Source: Candidatus Tectimicrobiota bacterium (GTDB lineage Bacteria; JACPUC01). Taken from it: a stretch of DNA of 64,000 bases. Below, piece by piece: positions 10,041-19,955 of this stretch (position 1 is its first letter; every line of letters begins with the position of its first letter). The stretch is from assembly GCA_016192455.1 (NCBI GenBank), contig JACPUC010000029.1, forward strand, positions 124,001 through 188,000. Direction: 5' to 3'. The notes beneath the pieces were generated by a model that was given only the letters and a program-made list of their open reading frames with translations, was not told the DNA's origin and made no database searches. The position numbers were made by a program, and so were the translations under genes.

Positions 10041-10445
10041 GATCCCACCCTGGAGGCCGCCGCTGCACCGCTCACTCTTCAGGACCTGTCGCCTGTCCCA
10101 CCCGACGGGGGAAGGAGTGACCTTCGAAGAGCGTGACGGGAGGAGGTGCAGAATACTGTACCTCGCCGCGGGCGATCTTGACTAAAGCTGAGAAAGGCGG
10201 CGCTGTCAAGAGTTTTGTGTCGAAGCGCGTTTGAGAGGGCGTTTCGCCCGCCGGCGTTGAGGTGGCGCGCGCCGCTTGTCAGGCGCGCATTTGGCGGCTA
10301 GACTTGACTTCCAGGTCAGACCTGTTCTGGCCTCCTGGGTGCACGACCATGGTCCCTCGCCGGCAGGACTTGCCGCGCCTTCAGCAGCATCGCGCCGCCG
10401 CAGGCGCTCGCACGCGCCCCTGTCAGGGGGAGTGAAAGGTTCCTC

Positions 10446-12164
10446 ATGTTGCCAAGCTTTTCATCACTCGCCAGCCGCCTGAAGGGAGGCCTGGAACGCC
10501 GCGCCGCCGTTCCGCCCGCGCCGCCCCCCATTGCCGCGCCGCCGCGCCACCTGCGGACCAAGCATCGGAACCTGGAGACGGCCAAGGTCGCTTGCGGGAT
10601 CAAGGAAGTGGCGCTGACGCATCGCCCGCTCGAAGCCTACCTGGAGACGACGAACTACTGCAACCTACGCTGCCGCATGTGCGCCATCGTCTGGGACCCC
10701 AAGTTCAACCCGAAGGCGCCAACGACGGGGTTGCTCACCCTGGAGACCGTGCGGCGTCTCGAGCCGATCCTCCCCGCCGTGGCGCGCTGCTACCTCATGG
10801 GCACCGGCGAGCCGATGGTCAGCAAGTACTTCTTTGACATCGTCGCCTATTTGAAGCAGTTCGGCCCCGAGGTGCACTTCAACAGCAACGCCACGCTGAT
10901 GACGCGTGAAAAGGCCGAACGCCTGCTGGACCTCAGGGTGGACTCGATCACTTACTCCATCGACGGCGCCACGCCCGCCACCTACGAGGCGATCCGCGTC
11001 AACGCGCACTTCGACCGCGTCATGGCCAACATCGCCGAGATGAGCCGCTTGCAGCGCCAGCGCGGCCTGCTGCGCCCCTACACCACGATGGCGATGGTGG
11101 TGATGGCGAACAACGTGCACGAGGTGGGCGCCATGGTTGAACTGGCGGCGGAGCTGGGGGTGCCGCACGTCCACTACGAGCCGCTCATCTACCAGGAGTA
11201 CGACGCCTACCGGGAGTTTTACAACAGGCACTCGCTGGGCGTCCTGCCGCGCCAGCAGGTGGCGGAGTACTTCGCCGCGGCCCGGGAAGCGGCGCAGCGC
11301 CTCGGCGTCGCCATCACCTCGCAGTTCTTCGGCAAGGAGGGGAGCTTCGACTACCCCGAGCTGCTGCGGCAGGAGCAGGAGCGCGCGGCGCGGCTGCCGG
11401 GGCTGGTGGCGCTTGAGGTTCGGCCGCCAGGCTCGCCCAGCGAGCAACCGAGGAGCGCCGCCGCCGGCCCCGCCACGCAGCAGGCCGAGGCTCCCGCGGC
11501 GTCGGGAAAGGCGACAGGAGACGCCGACGAGGCGGCCGCCGCGGCGGGCGGGCATGACCGCGAGATCACGCTTGCCGTCTCGCCCCTGCGCGTCACCACG
11601 CCCTACGCCTTCAACCTGGAGCTGCAGGCGCGCCTGCCCGGCGGGCGCGGCAACGTCGCCAGCGAAGAGCTTACCCTCAACGGCCAGGCCCTCCCCCTCT
11701 CGCTCCTTGACCTGCTCAGCTTCGCGGGGGATGGCGTCGGGCGCGGGGTCTTCGTGAACCACCGCTTCACGCCAGAGCACAACGGCACCTTCGTCTGGAC
11801 GATCACCAGCCGCGATGGGCGCCGCGCCAGCGCCAGCCTGGAGATCGCCATCCCCGCCGATTTCGTGCGCTTGGTGGCGCGTGGGGAAGCCCTCCTCTGC
11901 ACCGAGCCCTGGACCACCATCTTCATGACCTGGGACGGCGACATCCAGACCTGCTGCGCCAGCCCCTTCGTGTTCGGCAACGTGCGCGCCGCGCCAATCG
12001 AGGAAATCTGGAACTCCCCGGCCTACCACGAGGTGCGTGCCCACTTCAGCAGCGACTCGATCCCCGCCATGTGCGCGACCTGCGTGAAGAACGGACGCAT
12101 GCGCCACATCATCCCGGAGATTGAACATATTCTCAGCCAGCCCGGCGAGGGGGAGCGCGCCTGA
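10446..12164 (+). CDS. Radical SAM protein with C-terminal SPASM/twitch domain and internal inserted domain
   Basis: CNLRCRMC, GTGEP, SIDG, and C-terminal CTEPW...DGDIQTCC...GNV...CATC. Confidence 0.9.
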   Translation: MLPSFSSLASRLKGGLERRAAVPPAPPPIAAPPRHLRTKHRNLETAKVACGIKEVALTHRPLEAYLETTNYCNLRCRMCAIVWDPKFNPKAPTTGLLTLETVRRLEPILPAVARCYLMGTGEPMVSKYFFDIVAYLKQFGPEVHFNSNATLMTREKAERLLDLRVDSITYSIDGATPATYEAIRVNAHFDRVMANIAEMSRLQRQRGLLRPYTTMAMVVMANNVHEVGAMVELAAELGVPHVHYEPLIYQEYDAYREFYNRHSLGVLPRQQVAEYFAAAREAAQRLGVAITSQFFGKEGSFDYPELLRQEQERAARLPGLVALEVRPPGSPSEQPRSAAAGPATQQAEAPAASGKATGDADEAAAAAGGHDREITLAVSPLRVTTPYAFNLELQARLPGGRGNVASEELTLNGQALPLSLLDLLSFAGDGVGRGVFVNHRFTPEHNGTFVWTITSRDGRRASASLEIAIPADFVRLVARGEALLCTEPWTTIFMTWDGDIQTCCASPFVFGNVRAAPIEEIWNSPAYHEVRAHFSSDSIPAMCATCVKNGRMRHIIPEIEHILSQPGEGERA

Positions 12165-12278
12165 GGAGCGGACGCGGCTGGGGAGCAGGCGGGCGCGGGT
12201 CGGCATGGCGGCGGGATGCCGCGCGCACCGTGGGCGGGTGCGCTGTCGAGGACCTGAGGGCGGCGTGCGCTTCGCGGT

Positions 12279-13175
12279 TCACTTCTTCAGGAGGTCGCGC
12301 AGGGCCTCCTCGAGATCGGGGTGGCGGAAGGCGTAGCCGGTGGCCAGGAGCCGCGCGGGTTCGACGCGGGTGCTCGCCAGCAAGAGCGCATCGGCCATCT
12401 CACCGAACATGAGCCGCACCGCAAACGCCGGCAGAGGAAAGAACGTGGGGCGCGACAAGACCCGCCCGAGCGTCTTCGTGAACTCCGCGTTGGTCACCGG
12501 TTGGGGCGCCACGGCATTCACGGGGCCGCGCAGGGCATGCGTCGTCAGCGCATGCTGGATGACCCTCACCGCATCGTCAATCGAAATCCAACTCACGTAC
12601 TGCTTGCCCGGGCCGATGACTCCCCCAACGCCCATCTTGAAGGGCAGGAGCATTCTCGGGAAGGCGCCGCCCGCCGCGCTCAAGACGAAGCCGAAGCGCA
12701 GGTGCACGACTCGCAGCCCTGCCTGCAGCGCCGCCTGGGCCGCCGCCTCCCAGGCCTGGCTCACCTCGGCGAGGAATCCCCTCCCCGCCGGGCTTGCTTC
12801 CGTCATCGTCTCCTCGCCGCGGTCGCCGTAGTAGCCGATGGCGGAGGCGCACACCAGGACCCGCGGCCGCGGCTCCAAGCGCGCCAGGGCTTCGCTGAGG
12901 AGGCGCGTGCCCTGCACGCGGCTTGCCTTGATGCGCTCCTTCTTCTGCGGCGTCCATTTGCCCTCGCCGATACTCTCACCCGCCAGGTGCACGACTCCCT
13001 CCACCCCTGCCAGCCCCGCCGTATCGACGCTGCCGGCGCCAGGGTCCCAGGCAACCTCGGCGGGCGCCTTCGCCTGCCCGCGCACCAGCCGCACGACCTC
13101 ATCCCCGGCGCGCGCCAGCAGTGGCACGAGAGCCGATCCAATGAGTCCTGTTGAACCGGAAACCGCTACCTTCAT
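12279..13175 (-). CDS. TIGR01777/YfcH-family NAD-dependent epimerase
   Basis: GSTGLIG, HLAGESI, ASAIGYYG, GPVNAVAP motifs. Confidence 0.92.
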   Translation of the reverse strand: MKVAVSGSTGLIGSALVPLLARAGDEVVRLVRGQAKAPAEVAWDPGAGSVDTAGLAGVEGVVHLAGESIGEGKWTPQKKERIKASRVQGTRLLSEALARLEPRPRVLVCASAIGYYGDRGEETMTEASPAGRGFLAEVSQAWEAAAQAALQAGLRVVHLRFGFVLSAAGGAFPRMLLPFKMGVGGVIGPGKQYVSWISIDDAVRVIQHALTTHALRGPVNAVAPQPVTNAEFTKTLGRVLSRPTFFPLPAFAVRLMFGEMADALLLASTRVEPARLLATGYAFRHPDLEEALRDLLKK

Positions 13176-13234
13176 GGCTTTTCGTTCCCCTCCCCTGCCC
13201 GCCGGCCGCGCACTGCTTTTTCACCACAAAGAAC

Positions 13235-13570
13235 CTGCTTAGAACAGAGAACCTCGAAGTGGTTGATTTGACGTGATGGGGCGGCTGACGTTCGCGCGGC
13301 CGGTGTCCTTCACCTCTGCGCCCTCTGCGCCTCCGCGGTTCAATGGAGTGCACCGCGGAGACGCAGATGACGCGGAGAAGGTGGGGGAAGGAATCACCGC
13401 TCGACACAGATGCCCACGGATATCCGCCTCCCTGCACGGTTTCTTGCATGCCGATGGTAGGGGCGGTTCGCGAACCGCCCCGACGGTCGATGGCATGGAC
13501 GCCTGCTGAGAAAGAAGTGTCCGCTTATTTTCATGACCTTGCGCGTGGGCCGCAGGCCCATGGGAACTGC
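13235..13570 (+). repeat. CTGC-bounded non-coding element, module A copy 1
   Basis: Head CTGCTTAGAA...GTGGTTGATTT; tail TTTTCAT...GTGGGCCGCAGGCCCATGGGAACTGC; internal inverted repeats; homologous to 19956-20215. Confidence 0.8.
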
Positions 13571-13832
13571 CTCGAAAAGAGAACCCCTAAGTGGTTGATT
13601 TCCCGACATAGCAGGTGTGCCGCCGTGCGTCTTACAGCGGACGGGATGTGCAGAGCCGCAGGGGCGGGGCTTGCCCCGCCCTCCGAGCCGCACTCTCCCA
13701 GCCGCCACGCTGGGGCGCGGCAAGCGGCGCCCCTACACGGAATGCCGAACCCTTCGACATGAAAGACGATCGCTCCCTGTAGCCCCCATTTTCATCCCCT
13801 CGCGGGTGGACCGCAGGCCCATGGGGAACTGC
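13567..13832 (+). repeat. CTGC-bounded non-coding element, module B copy 1
   Basis: Same head and tail as module A and shares the CTGC junction; homologous to 20212-20493. Confidence 0.8.
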
Positions 13833-14045
13833 TTCCTCTCTCATGTTTAGTATGTGTCCATGCTGCCTTAATGCACCACGCGCTTGAGTGAACACCGGGA
13901 ACCGCAGCGTGCCGCGGCGCGGCTGCGCAGGCTGGCGGAGCGCTGCGGGCGCGGCCGGCATTGACCGCCGCCACGGCACGCGCCCGCGGGACGAAGCCAC
14001 GGCCGCCCTCCCCGGCCTGCGCGCGAACCGTTTGCGGCGTTTCGT

Positions 14046-14074
14046 TTGACGCTGCACTAGACACTCCGTATAAT
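14046..14074 (+). promoter_or_regulatory. sigma70-type promoter
   Basis: TTGACG-N17-TATAAT upstream of the ParA/MinD-like gene. Confidence 0.7.
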
Positions 14075-14215
14075 GAATCCATTGCCTCGCTCGCGCTCAG
14101 CACGTTCGTCGCTGCTCGTAGTCCCCCCTCGGAAGAGGTACGCCGAGGAAGAGGGGTGGCGTGGGCCCCGCAGGCGGCGCGGGGCTGCTGAACGTTGAGG
14201 GTGGAGTGCAGCGCC

Positions 14216-15292
14216 ATGGCCAGCGGAATTGTCATCTCCGCGAAGGGCGGAACGGGGAAAACGACCTTTGCCATCAATCTCGCGAAGGCCCTCGCCGATG
14301 CCACGGAGCAGCGTGGCCTGCGGCAGAAGCAGGGGGTCCTCTACCTCGACCTCGATATCTGTGATCCGAACGGCGCCCTACGCCTTGATCAGGTCGGCGC
14401 CGCGAGCTTCTATGAGCTCTTCAAGAGCTACGAAACAGGCGCCCGGAGGGGCGATCTCAAATCCCTCTGTCAGGTGCTGAAGAACGATAACTTCTCGATT
14501 CTGGGATGCGAGGTGCTGGGAGCCCGGCAGCGCGAGGAGCTCAGTCAGCTCTTCACGTTGCAAACGTACGCCTCTCTCTTCTTCCGCGACCTTGAACGTC
14601 TCATCAGCCAGTACGACCACTGCATTATCGACACGCCGGGCGGCGGCCTCGTCAGCTTCCTGCCCCTCCTCCTCGGCAGCGACTTCGTTTACAACGTCTT
14701 CGATCTGCGGGACGAAACCTCGATCCGCTCGAGTGAAAAGGTGCTCATCGACTTCTTCTATTTCTGTCACAAATACCGGTCCATCAAGAACACTGGGACA
14801 AAGATGATCCAAGTCCTCTTCAGCTTTTACGACGACGGCAAGCTGAAGAAGTACCGCAATGCCATCACGCAGCGCCTCGAGGATTGGCTGGTCTGGAACC
14901 TCGAGGAAGGCGATCGATCCCCCATCGATCCCTGGATCCCCGAGAACTTTGAGTGGTGGCGCGCGCAGCACCATAAGAGACGGCGGCACTCGGTGCGCAC
15001 CTTCATCGAGACCTACTTGTCGGAGCGGCTCCGCTTCCTGGAGGGGTTACCGAAGAGCGATAAGATCGAACGGGCCAACGATCGGGGACGCCTCTACATC
15101 GGCAGCCGTTTCGAGAACCTCTTCCGCGACGGGGTGCGCAACATCATGAATGCCTCCGAGCTCTTTTTGCGCGAGGCGGAGTTCCTCGAGGGTTGGCGCC
15201 AGCGCGGGGCGCTTGCGGAAATCAGCGATTTCCTCACCGCGCGGGTTTCCCCGTCGCCCAGGCCACGCAAGGGCGCGGCGGTCACCACCTGA
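14216..15292 (+). CDS. ParA/MinD-superfamily P-loop ATPase with atypical C-terminal region
   Basis: Deviant Walker A KGGTGKTT, LYLDLD, IIDTPGG; ATG 14216 after GGAG. Confidence 0.8.
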   Translation: MASGIVISAKGGTGKTTFAINLAKALADATEQRGLRQKQGVLYLDLDICDPNGALRLDQVGAASFYELFKSYETGARRGDLKSLCQVLKNDNFSILGCEVLGARQREELSQLFTLQTYASLFFRDLERLISQYDHCIIDTPGGGLVSFLPLLLGSDFVYNVFDLRDETSIRSSEKVLIDFFYFCHKYRSIKNTGTKMIQVLFSFYDDGKLKKYRNAITQRLEDWLVWNLEEGDRSPIDPWIPENFEWWRAQHHKRRRHSVRTFIETYLSERLRFLEGLPKSDKIERANDRGRLYIGSRFENLFRDGVRNIMNASELFLREAEFLEGWRQRGALAEISDFLTARVSPSPRPRKGAAVTT

Positions 15293-15393
15293 TCCGCGGT
15301 CGCGCCCTAGGCTTCCGCCGCGATCCTCGAAGTCCCGGCAGGCGCAACGCTCCGGCGTGCGCCGCACGGTTCCCGCCGCGAATCGTTTCGTCG

Positions 15394-15422
15394 TTGACCG
15401 GCGGCGTGAATCCTTGTAGGTT
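15394..15422 (+). promoter_or_regulatory. Putative sigma70 promoter for the MarR gene
   Basis: TTGACC-N17-TAGGTT. Confidence 0.4.
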
Positions 15423-15455
15423 TACTCCTGGCGCAGGAACCCCAGGTAACCATGT

Positions 15456-15890
15456 ATGACGTTTCACCTTGCTGCAGACACTGGATTTCTCATCCACCGC
15501 GCCAGCCGGCTGCTGCAGGTGGAACTGCAGAAGGTGCTCGAGCCCTACGACCTGACCCGTGAACAATGGCCGGTCTTGGCGATGCTCTGGGACGAGGAAG
15601 GTGTCTCGCAGAATAAGATCGGCGGCTACTTGTGCAAAGATCAGCCCACCGTCACGCGCATCATCGACCGCCTGGAGAAGAAACGGCTGGTGAAGCGCGT
15701 GACGAACACCCGCGATCGCCGCGCCTATCGCATCGTTCTCACCGAAGAGGGAAGAGAGCTCAAGGAGGTTCTCCCGAAGCTGGTCGACGATCTGCTGCAA
15801 CGAGCCCAGGCGGGGCTCACCGAGGAGCAGGTGGCGGCTCTCAGGCAAGATTTGCTGACGATCGCCGGGAACCTGGAAGGCGACGGCTGA
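15456..15890 (+). CDS. MarR family transcriptional regulator
   Basis: LTREQW.VL, DQPTVTRIIDRLEKK, DRRAYRIVLTEEG. Confidence 0.93.
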   Translation: MTFHLAADTGFLIHRASRLLQVELQKVLEPYDLTREQWPVLAMLWDEEGVSQNKIGGYLCKDQPTVTRIIDRLEKKRLVKRVTNTRDRRAYRIVLTEEGRELKEVLPKLVDDLLQRAQAGLTEEQVAALRQDLLTIAGNLEGDG

Positions 15891-16021
15891 AGCGTGCCGA
15901 TGCGGCGCCGCCTCTCGCGGCATCAACCCCCGGCGGCAAGGCGGCGCCGGACGAACCGGGATGACGGAGCGCGGTTCTCCTCGCCGAGGCTGCCCGCCGT
16001 GTTCAGCTCCTAGGCGGTTCC

Positions 16022-16504
16022 ATGATGCCCATCTCAACAGAACGTGTTCAGCGCCTTTCTCACCTTGCGCTTCTCCTCACCGCCCTCCTCTTCGCCGGCG
16101 CGTGCCTCTCCACCTCGCCGGCGCTCGCCGCCAGGCGGGTGATGGTGAAGGACAAAGCCAACATCCGCAGCGGTCCAGGGCTGAAGAACGACGTCCTCTG
16201 GACCGCTTTCAAGTACTACCCCCTGGAGGTCATCGGCGAGCAAGACCAGTGGCTGAAGGTGCGCGACTTCGAAGGCGACGAAGGCTGGGTGGCGCTGAGC
16301 TTGGTGGAGGAACAGCAAGCGGTGGTCGTGAAGGTGGCGCTGGCGAATATCCGCTCCAGCCCCGCGGCCACCTCCAAGGTTGCCTTCCAGGCAAAGAAGG
16401 GCGTGGCGTTCAAGGTGCTCGGCGCGCAGGGAGACTGGCTCAACGTGGAGCACGCCGATGGCGAGAAGGGCTGGGTTCACAGCTCCATCGTTTGGGGACG
16501 GTAG
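16022..16504 (+). CDS. Secreted tandem bacterial SH3 domain protein
   Basis: Signal peptide and two ANIRS.P...W..V....G..GWV repeats. Confidence 0.88.
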   Translation: MMPISTERVQRLSHLALLLTALLFAGACLSTSPALAARRVMVKDKANIRSGPGLKNDVLWTAFKYYPLEVIGEQDQWLKVRDFEGDEGWVALSLVEEQQAVVVKVALANIRSSPAATSKVAFQAKKGVAFKVLGAQGDWLNVEHADGEKGWVHSSIVWGR

Positions 16505-16813
16505 GCTAGCGCGCCGCGGTGACGCCGGCCGTGTCGGGGAGTGATGCGGCGTTTGGGGTCCGCGTGCGAGAAGGCTCCCTCCTTCTCCTCCTCAGGGTGT
16601 GCGCCCCGCCGCCGGCTCACAGGTAAGCGCTGCCGCCTCCTTCTGGGTTTGACCACCATCCGTCCCGGCGCCGCGGCCCTGCGGCCGGCCGGCGTTGCGC
16701 CGCGTCGTCATCCCGCCCGGGTGCGTTCACCCCCCCCGCCGAGAGTTGGTCTCAGCTCCGCCTGGAACGCGGCGGCGTCCGCCCGCCCACCTCCCGGCGC
16801 TTCACCAGCGCTG

Positions 16814-17167
16814 TCAGGAGGCAGGCTTGAGGTGCACAACCTCTTTCAGCCTTCCCAGCCGACTGTTCCCCAGCTCGAAGTCGCTGAGGCTATCGAGGAG
16901 CGTGGTGAGCTGCTGCCGGCGCTCCTCCTGCAAGGGGATGTCGGTATGCCCGAAGCCGCACTCCTGCTTAAACTTCTCGGCGCAGGCGGGGCAGAGCATC
17001 TCGAACCTGCGGGTGACGCCCGGCTCCTGGTAGAGCTTCTCGATGAGCTCGACGCCGCGCTCCTCGCCGCACCAGCCGCAGCTCGCCAGGCTCTTCGGCA
17101 GATCCTGGCGCGGCTTGTCGGGTTCCTGCCGTTTCTTGCGCTTGCCGAAAATCCACATCTCGGTCAT
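16814..17167 (-). CDS. Small hypothetical protein with two CxxC motifs (possible Zn finger)
   Basis: CGWC...CPAC; ordinary amino-acid composition unlike the overlapping shadow ORFs; start may be 17158. Confidence 0.6.
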   Translation of the reverse strand: MTEMWIFGKRKKRQEPDKPRQDLPKSLASCGWCGEERGVELIEKLYQEPGVTRRFEMLCPACAEKFKQECGFGHTDIPLQEERRQQLTTLLDSLSDFELGNSRLGRLKEVVHLKPAS

Positions 17168-17613
17168 CCTTCCAGGGGGGAAGATGGATGCGGTGGCCGG
17201 CGGGGCCGCGGCGGTGGCGCGGCGCAGAGCCGGTAAGCCCTGTCGCGGCGATGAGCACCACGCACCTCATGGCAGGCGCCCGCGCTCTCTGCGCGACCGG
17301 CAGGGGTGACGCCCTCGCCGTCGGGTCCCCCCCGGAGCTGAGCTGGCCTCCTGGGGCACGGCGCGCGAAGATGCCGCGAACTCGCGGCAGGCGGCGGCGA
17401 ACCTCTCCCCGCGCCACGATTCGGGGCGCGCCACGAGCGCAGGTATTGTACACCAAGCGGCGCGCCGCGCGCAGCCGCCCGGCGCGGATCGTTCGGCACC
17501 GGCGCCCGGCCGCCGAGTGGCAGGCCTGGCTGACGAGGCAGGCTTTTCCGGTCCCACCCGGTCAGGGCGGAGCGTGTGATGCGCGCACCGGAACAGGGAG
17601 AGAATGGCACACC

Positions 17614-18081
17614 ATGGAATGGCGACGTGATGGCTACCTCATCAGCACCGACCCCGCACTCCTGGATATCAATGTGATCCATGCCTTTCTCACCACCTCG
17701 TACTGGGCCACCGGCATCTCGCACGCCAAGGTGGCGCAGTCGATCGCCTACACCCCTATCGTGTTCGGGCTCTATGAGCATGATTCCGCCGCGGCGAGGC
17801 TCGGTCGCCAGGTCGGCTTTGCGCGCGCCATCACCGATAAGACGACCTTCGCTTACCTGGCCGATGTCTTCGTCCTAGCGGAGCACCGTGGCAAGGGGTT
17901 AGGGAAGTGGCTCGTGGAGTGTTTCCTCACCCACCCCGACCTGCAGTGGGTGCGGTTCTGGACCCTCGTCACGGATGACGCGCACGGCCTTTACGAGCGT
18001 TATGGGTTCCAGCACACTCCTCATCCGGAGTGGTGGATGGAGATCATCGGCAAGCCGCCCAAAGGCCCCTTCCCCCCTTAG
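17614..18081 (+). CDS. GNAT family N-acetyltransferase
   Basis: ISTDP..LD...IHAFL.TSYWA, QVGFAR, DVFVL.EHRGKGLGK, DAHGLYERYGF. Confidence 0.92.
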   Translation: MEWRRDGYLISTDPALLDINVIHAFLTTSYWATGISHAKVAQSIAYTPIVFGLYEHDSAAARLGRQVGFARAITDKTTFAYLADVFVLAEHRGKGLGKWLVECFLTHPDLQWVRFWTLVTDDAHGLYERYGFQHTPHPEWWMEIIGKPPKGPFPP

Positions 18082-18226
18082 GATGCGCGGCAAGCGCGCT
18101 CTCGAGGCAAACGGAGCGGCGAGGCGGCCCGCCGCGCCAGACTCCCCCGCAACCAGCAAGGAGGGAGGAACGCCAGCGGCATGGCGGAGGCTTGAGCCGC
18201 CGCGGCCGCGGGCGGCGCATTGCCAG

Positions 18227-18521
18227 GCAGTTCCCCATGGGCCTTCGGCCCATCCGCGAAGCGATGAAAATGGGGGAGGCTTGGCGGTACTGTTGGCGGA
18301 ATGACGTCGACCGTCCCTTTGTACGTGCCGGTCTGGCGAAGTGGCAGAACCGTGGATGATGATCGTTGGTAGGGGCGGTTCGCGAACCGCCCCTACGGGA
18401 TGACCGCGTGCTTTCGTAGTTCCCATCGCTATCACGCCTTCCGGCGGCCTAGATTCAACGCTAGGAGTCCAGATCCATTCTCCTGGAAGATCAACCACAT
18501 ACGGGTCTTTTTTCTAAGCAG
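18227..18521 (-). repeat. CTGC-bounded non-coding element, module C (inverted, different interior)
   Basis: Begins and ends with GCAG; carries the same tail (18227-18276) and head (about 18488-18521) reverse-complemented; perfect palindrome GTAGGGGCGGTTCGCGAACCGCCCCTAC at 18369-18396. Confidence 0.78.
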
Positions 18522-18681
18522 AGGCCGCGGCGAGAACCTGCGCGCCGCGGGGATTCTTCCTTGACATAGCATCGACTTTGGCAATATCAAGATCAGTATC
18601 CTACGGGAGCGAAGCAATCACGTCAGGGGAGGGCGCGCAACGCCCGCGCTCCTGGTCAGCTTTCTGGGAGGAGGAGAGGCA

Positions 18682-19845
18682 ATGCGGAGGATTCTTCTCG
18701 GTTTGGTTGTTGCCGCCGCGTGCGCCGCGCTGCTGCCCGGCATCGGCGCGGCGGCTCAGCTCGCCGGCTCGGAGGTGAAGATCGGCTACCTCACACCCCT
18801 GTCGGGTTACGGCGCCGGCGTGGGCAGCGATGAGCAGCACGGGGTGTTCATCGCGCGGGATGAAATCAACGCCGCGGGCGGCATCGGCGGGCTGCCCGTG
18901 AAGATCATCCAGTACGACGATGCCAGCAAGGGGGAGGAGGCCATCAACCTGATCAAGAAGCTGGCATTGCGGGACAAGGCGTTGGTCATCATGGGGCCTT
19001 TCCTGAGCAACAGCGTCCAGGTGGCCTTTCCCGCCGCCAACATCGTCAAGACCGCCGTCATCTCCTCAGCCTCGGTGGCGCCTGGGATCGCGGCGCGCAA
19101 CCGCCCCTGGACGTTCCGCAACATCACCACCAGCGAGCACCTTCTGGAACCGGCGCTGATCAAGTACCTCGAGATCCATCCCCAGGTGAAGAAGGTGGCG
19201 ATCATTTACGACAACAAGGACTTCGTCTCCAAGATCGAGGCCGCGAACGTCTTCCCGCCGCTGCTGAAAAAGCACGGGGTCGAGATCATTGACAGCGTCA
19301 CCTTCGTCACCGGCGACATCGACTTCAGCCCGCAGGTCACCCGCATCAAGCAGCAGAAGCCGGATGGCATCGTGATGGCTGCGGTCTACCAGGAGGGCTC
19401 GAACCTGGTGCGCGAGCTGCGGCGCCAGGGCATGAATCAGCCCATCCTCTCCGGCATCGGCATCTCCTCGAACGACTTCATGCGGCTGGCGGGCGCGGCC
19501 GCCGAGGGCGCCATCAATGCCCAGCCGTTCTGGGCCGGCAACCCCGAGCCGCGGGTGCAGAAGTTCGTCGCGGAGTACCGCAAGCGCACCGGCAAGCAAG
19601 CGCCGAACTACGCCGCCTCGAGCTACGACACCCTCTACATCCTGAAGCAGATCATCGAAACCACCGGCGTCACGAATAAGCCGGAGAACCTTGACGAGGA
19701 TCGTGTGAAGATCCGGGATGGGCTGGCAACCATCAAAGATTTCAAGGGCATCACCGGCAACACCTCGATGGGGCCGGACGGCGATGCGATCAAGGAAAAG
19801 TACGTGCTGATCGTCAAGAATGGCGAGTTCACGCGCCTAAAGTGA
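18682..19845 (+). CDS. ABC transporter substrate-binding protein (LivJ/branched-chain family)
   Basis: Signal peptide, KIGYLTPLSG, INAAGGIGG, DFSPQVTRIK. Confidence 0.92.
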   Translation: MRRILLGLVVAAACAALLPGIGAAAQLAGSEVKIGYLTPLSGYGAGVGSDEQHGVFIARDEINAAGGIGGLPVKIIQYDDASKGEEAINLIKKLALRDKALVIMGPFLSNSVQVAFPAANIVKTAVISSASVAPGIAARNRPWTFRNITTSEHLLEPALIKYLEIHPQVKKVAIIYDNKDFVSKIEAANVFPPLLKKHGVEIIDSVTFVTGDIDFSPQVTRIKQQKPDGIVMAAVYQEGSNLVRELRRQGMNQPILSGIGISSNDFMRLAGAAAEGAINAQPFWAGNPEPRVQKFVAEYRKRTGKQAPNYAASSYDTLYILKQIIETTGVTNKPENLDEDRVKIRDGLATIKDFKGITGNTSMGPDGDAIKEKYVLIVKNGEFTRLK

Positions 19846-19955
19846 GGCTGCGGCGCAGGGGGATGGCTCCGTAGGGAATTCGGGCGTGCCGCACCTGCTT
19901 GTGCGGGCAACGCGCCGGCAGGCACGGGGGCACGGCTCCCTGGCGCCTCAACCCC

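Noticed and set aside
10446-12164. RiPP cluster built from the rSAM/SPASM gene and tldD/pmbA
   Set aside because: The genes are more than 20 kb apart, no precursor peptide or RRE is evident, and TldDE is a common housekeeping pair
13235-13832. CRISPR array or small CDSs in the repeat region
   Set aside because: No regular 25-45 bp repeat-spacer period and no cas genes; the short ORFs are translations of palindromes
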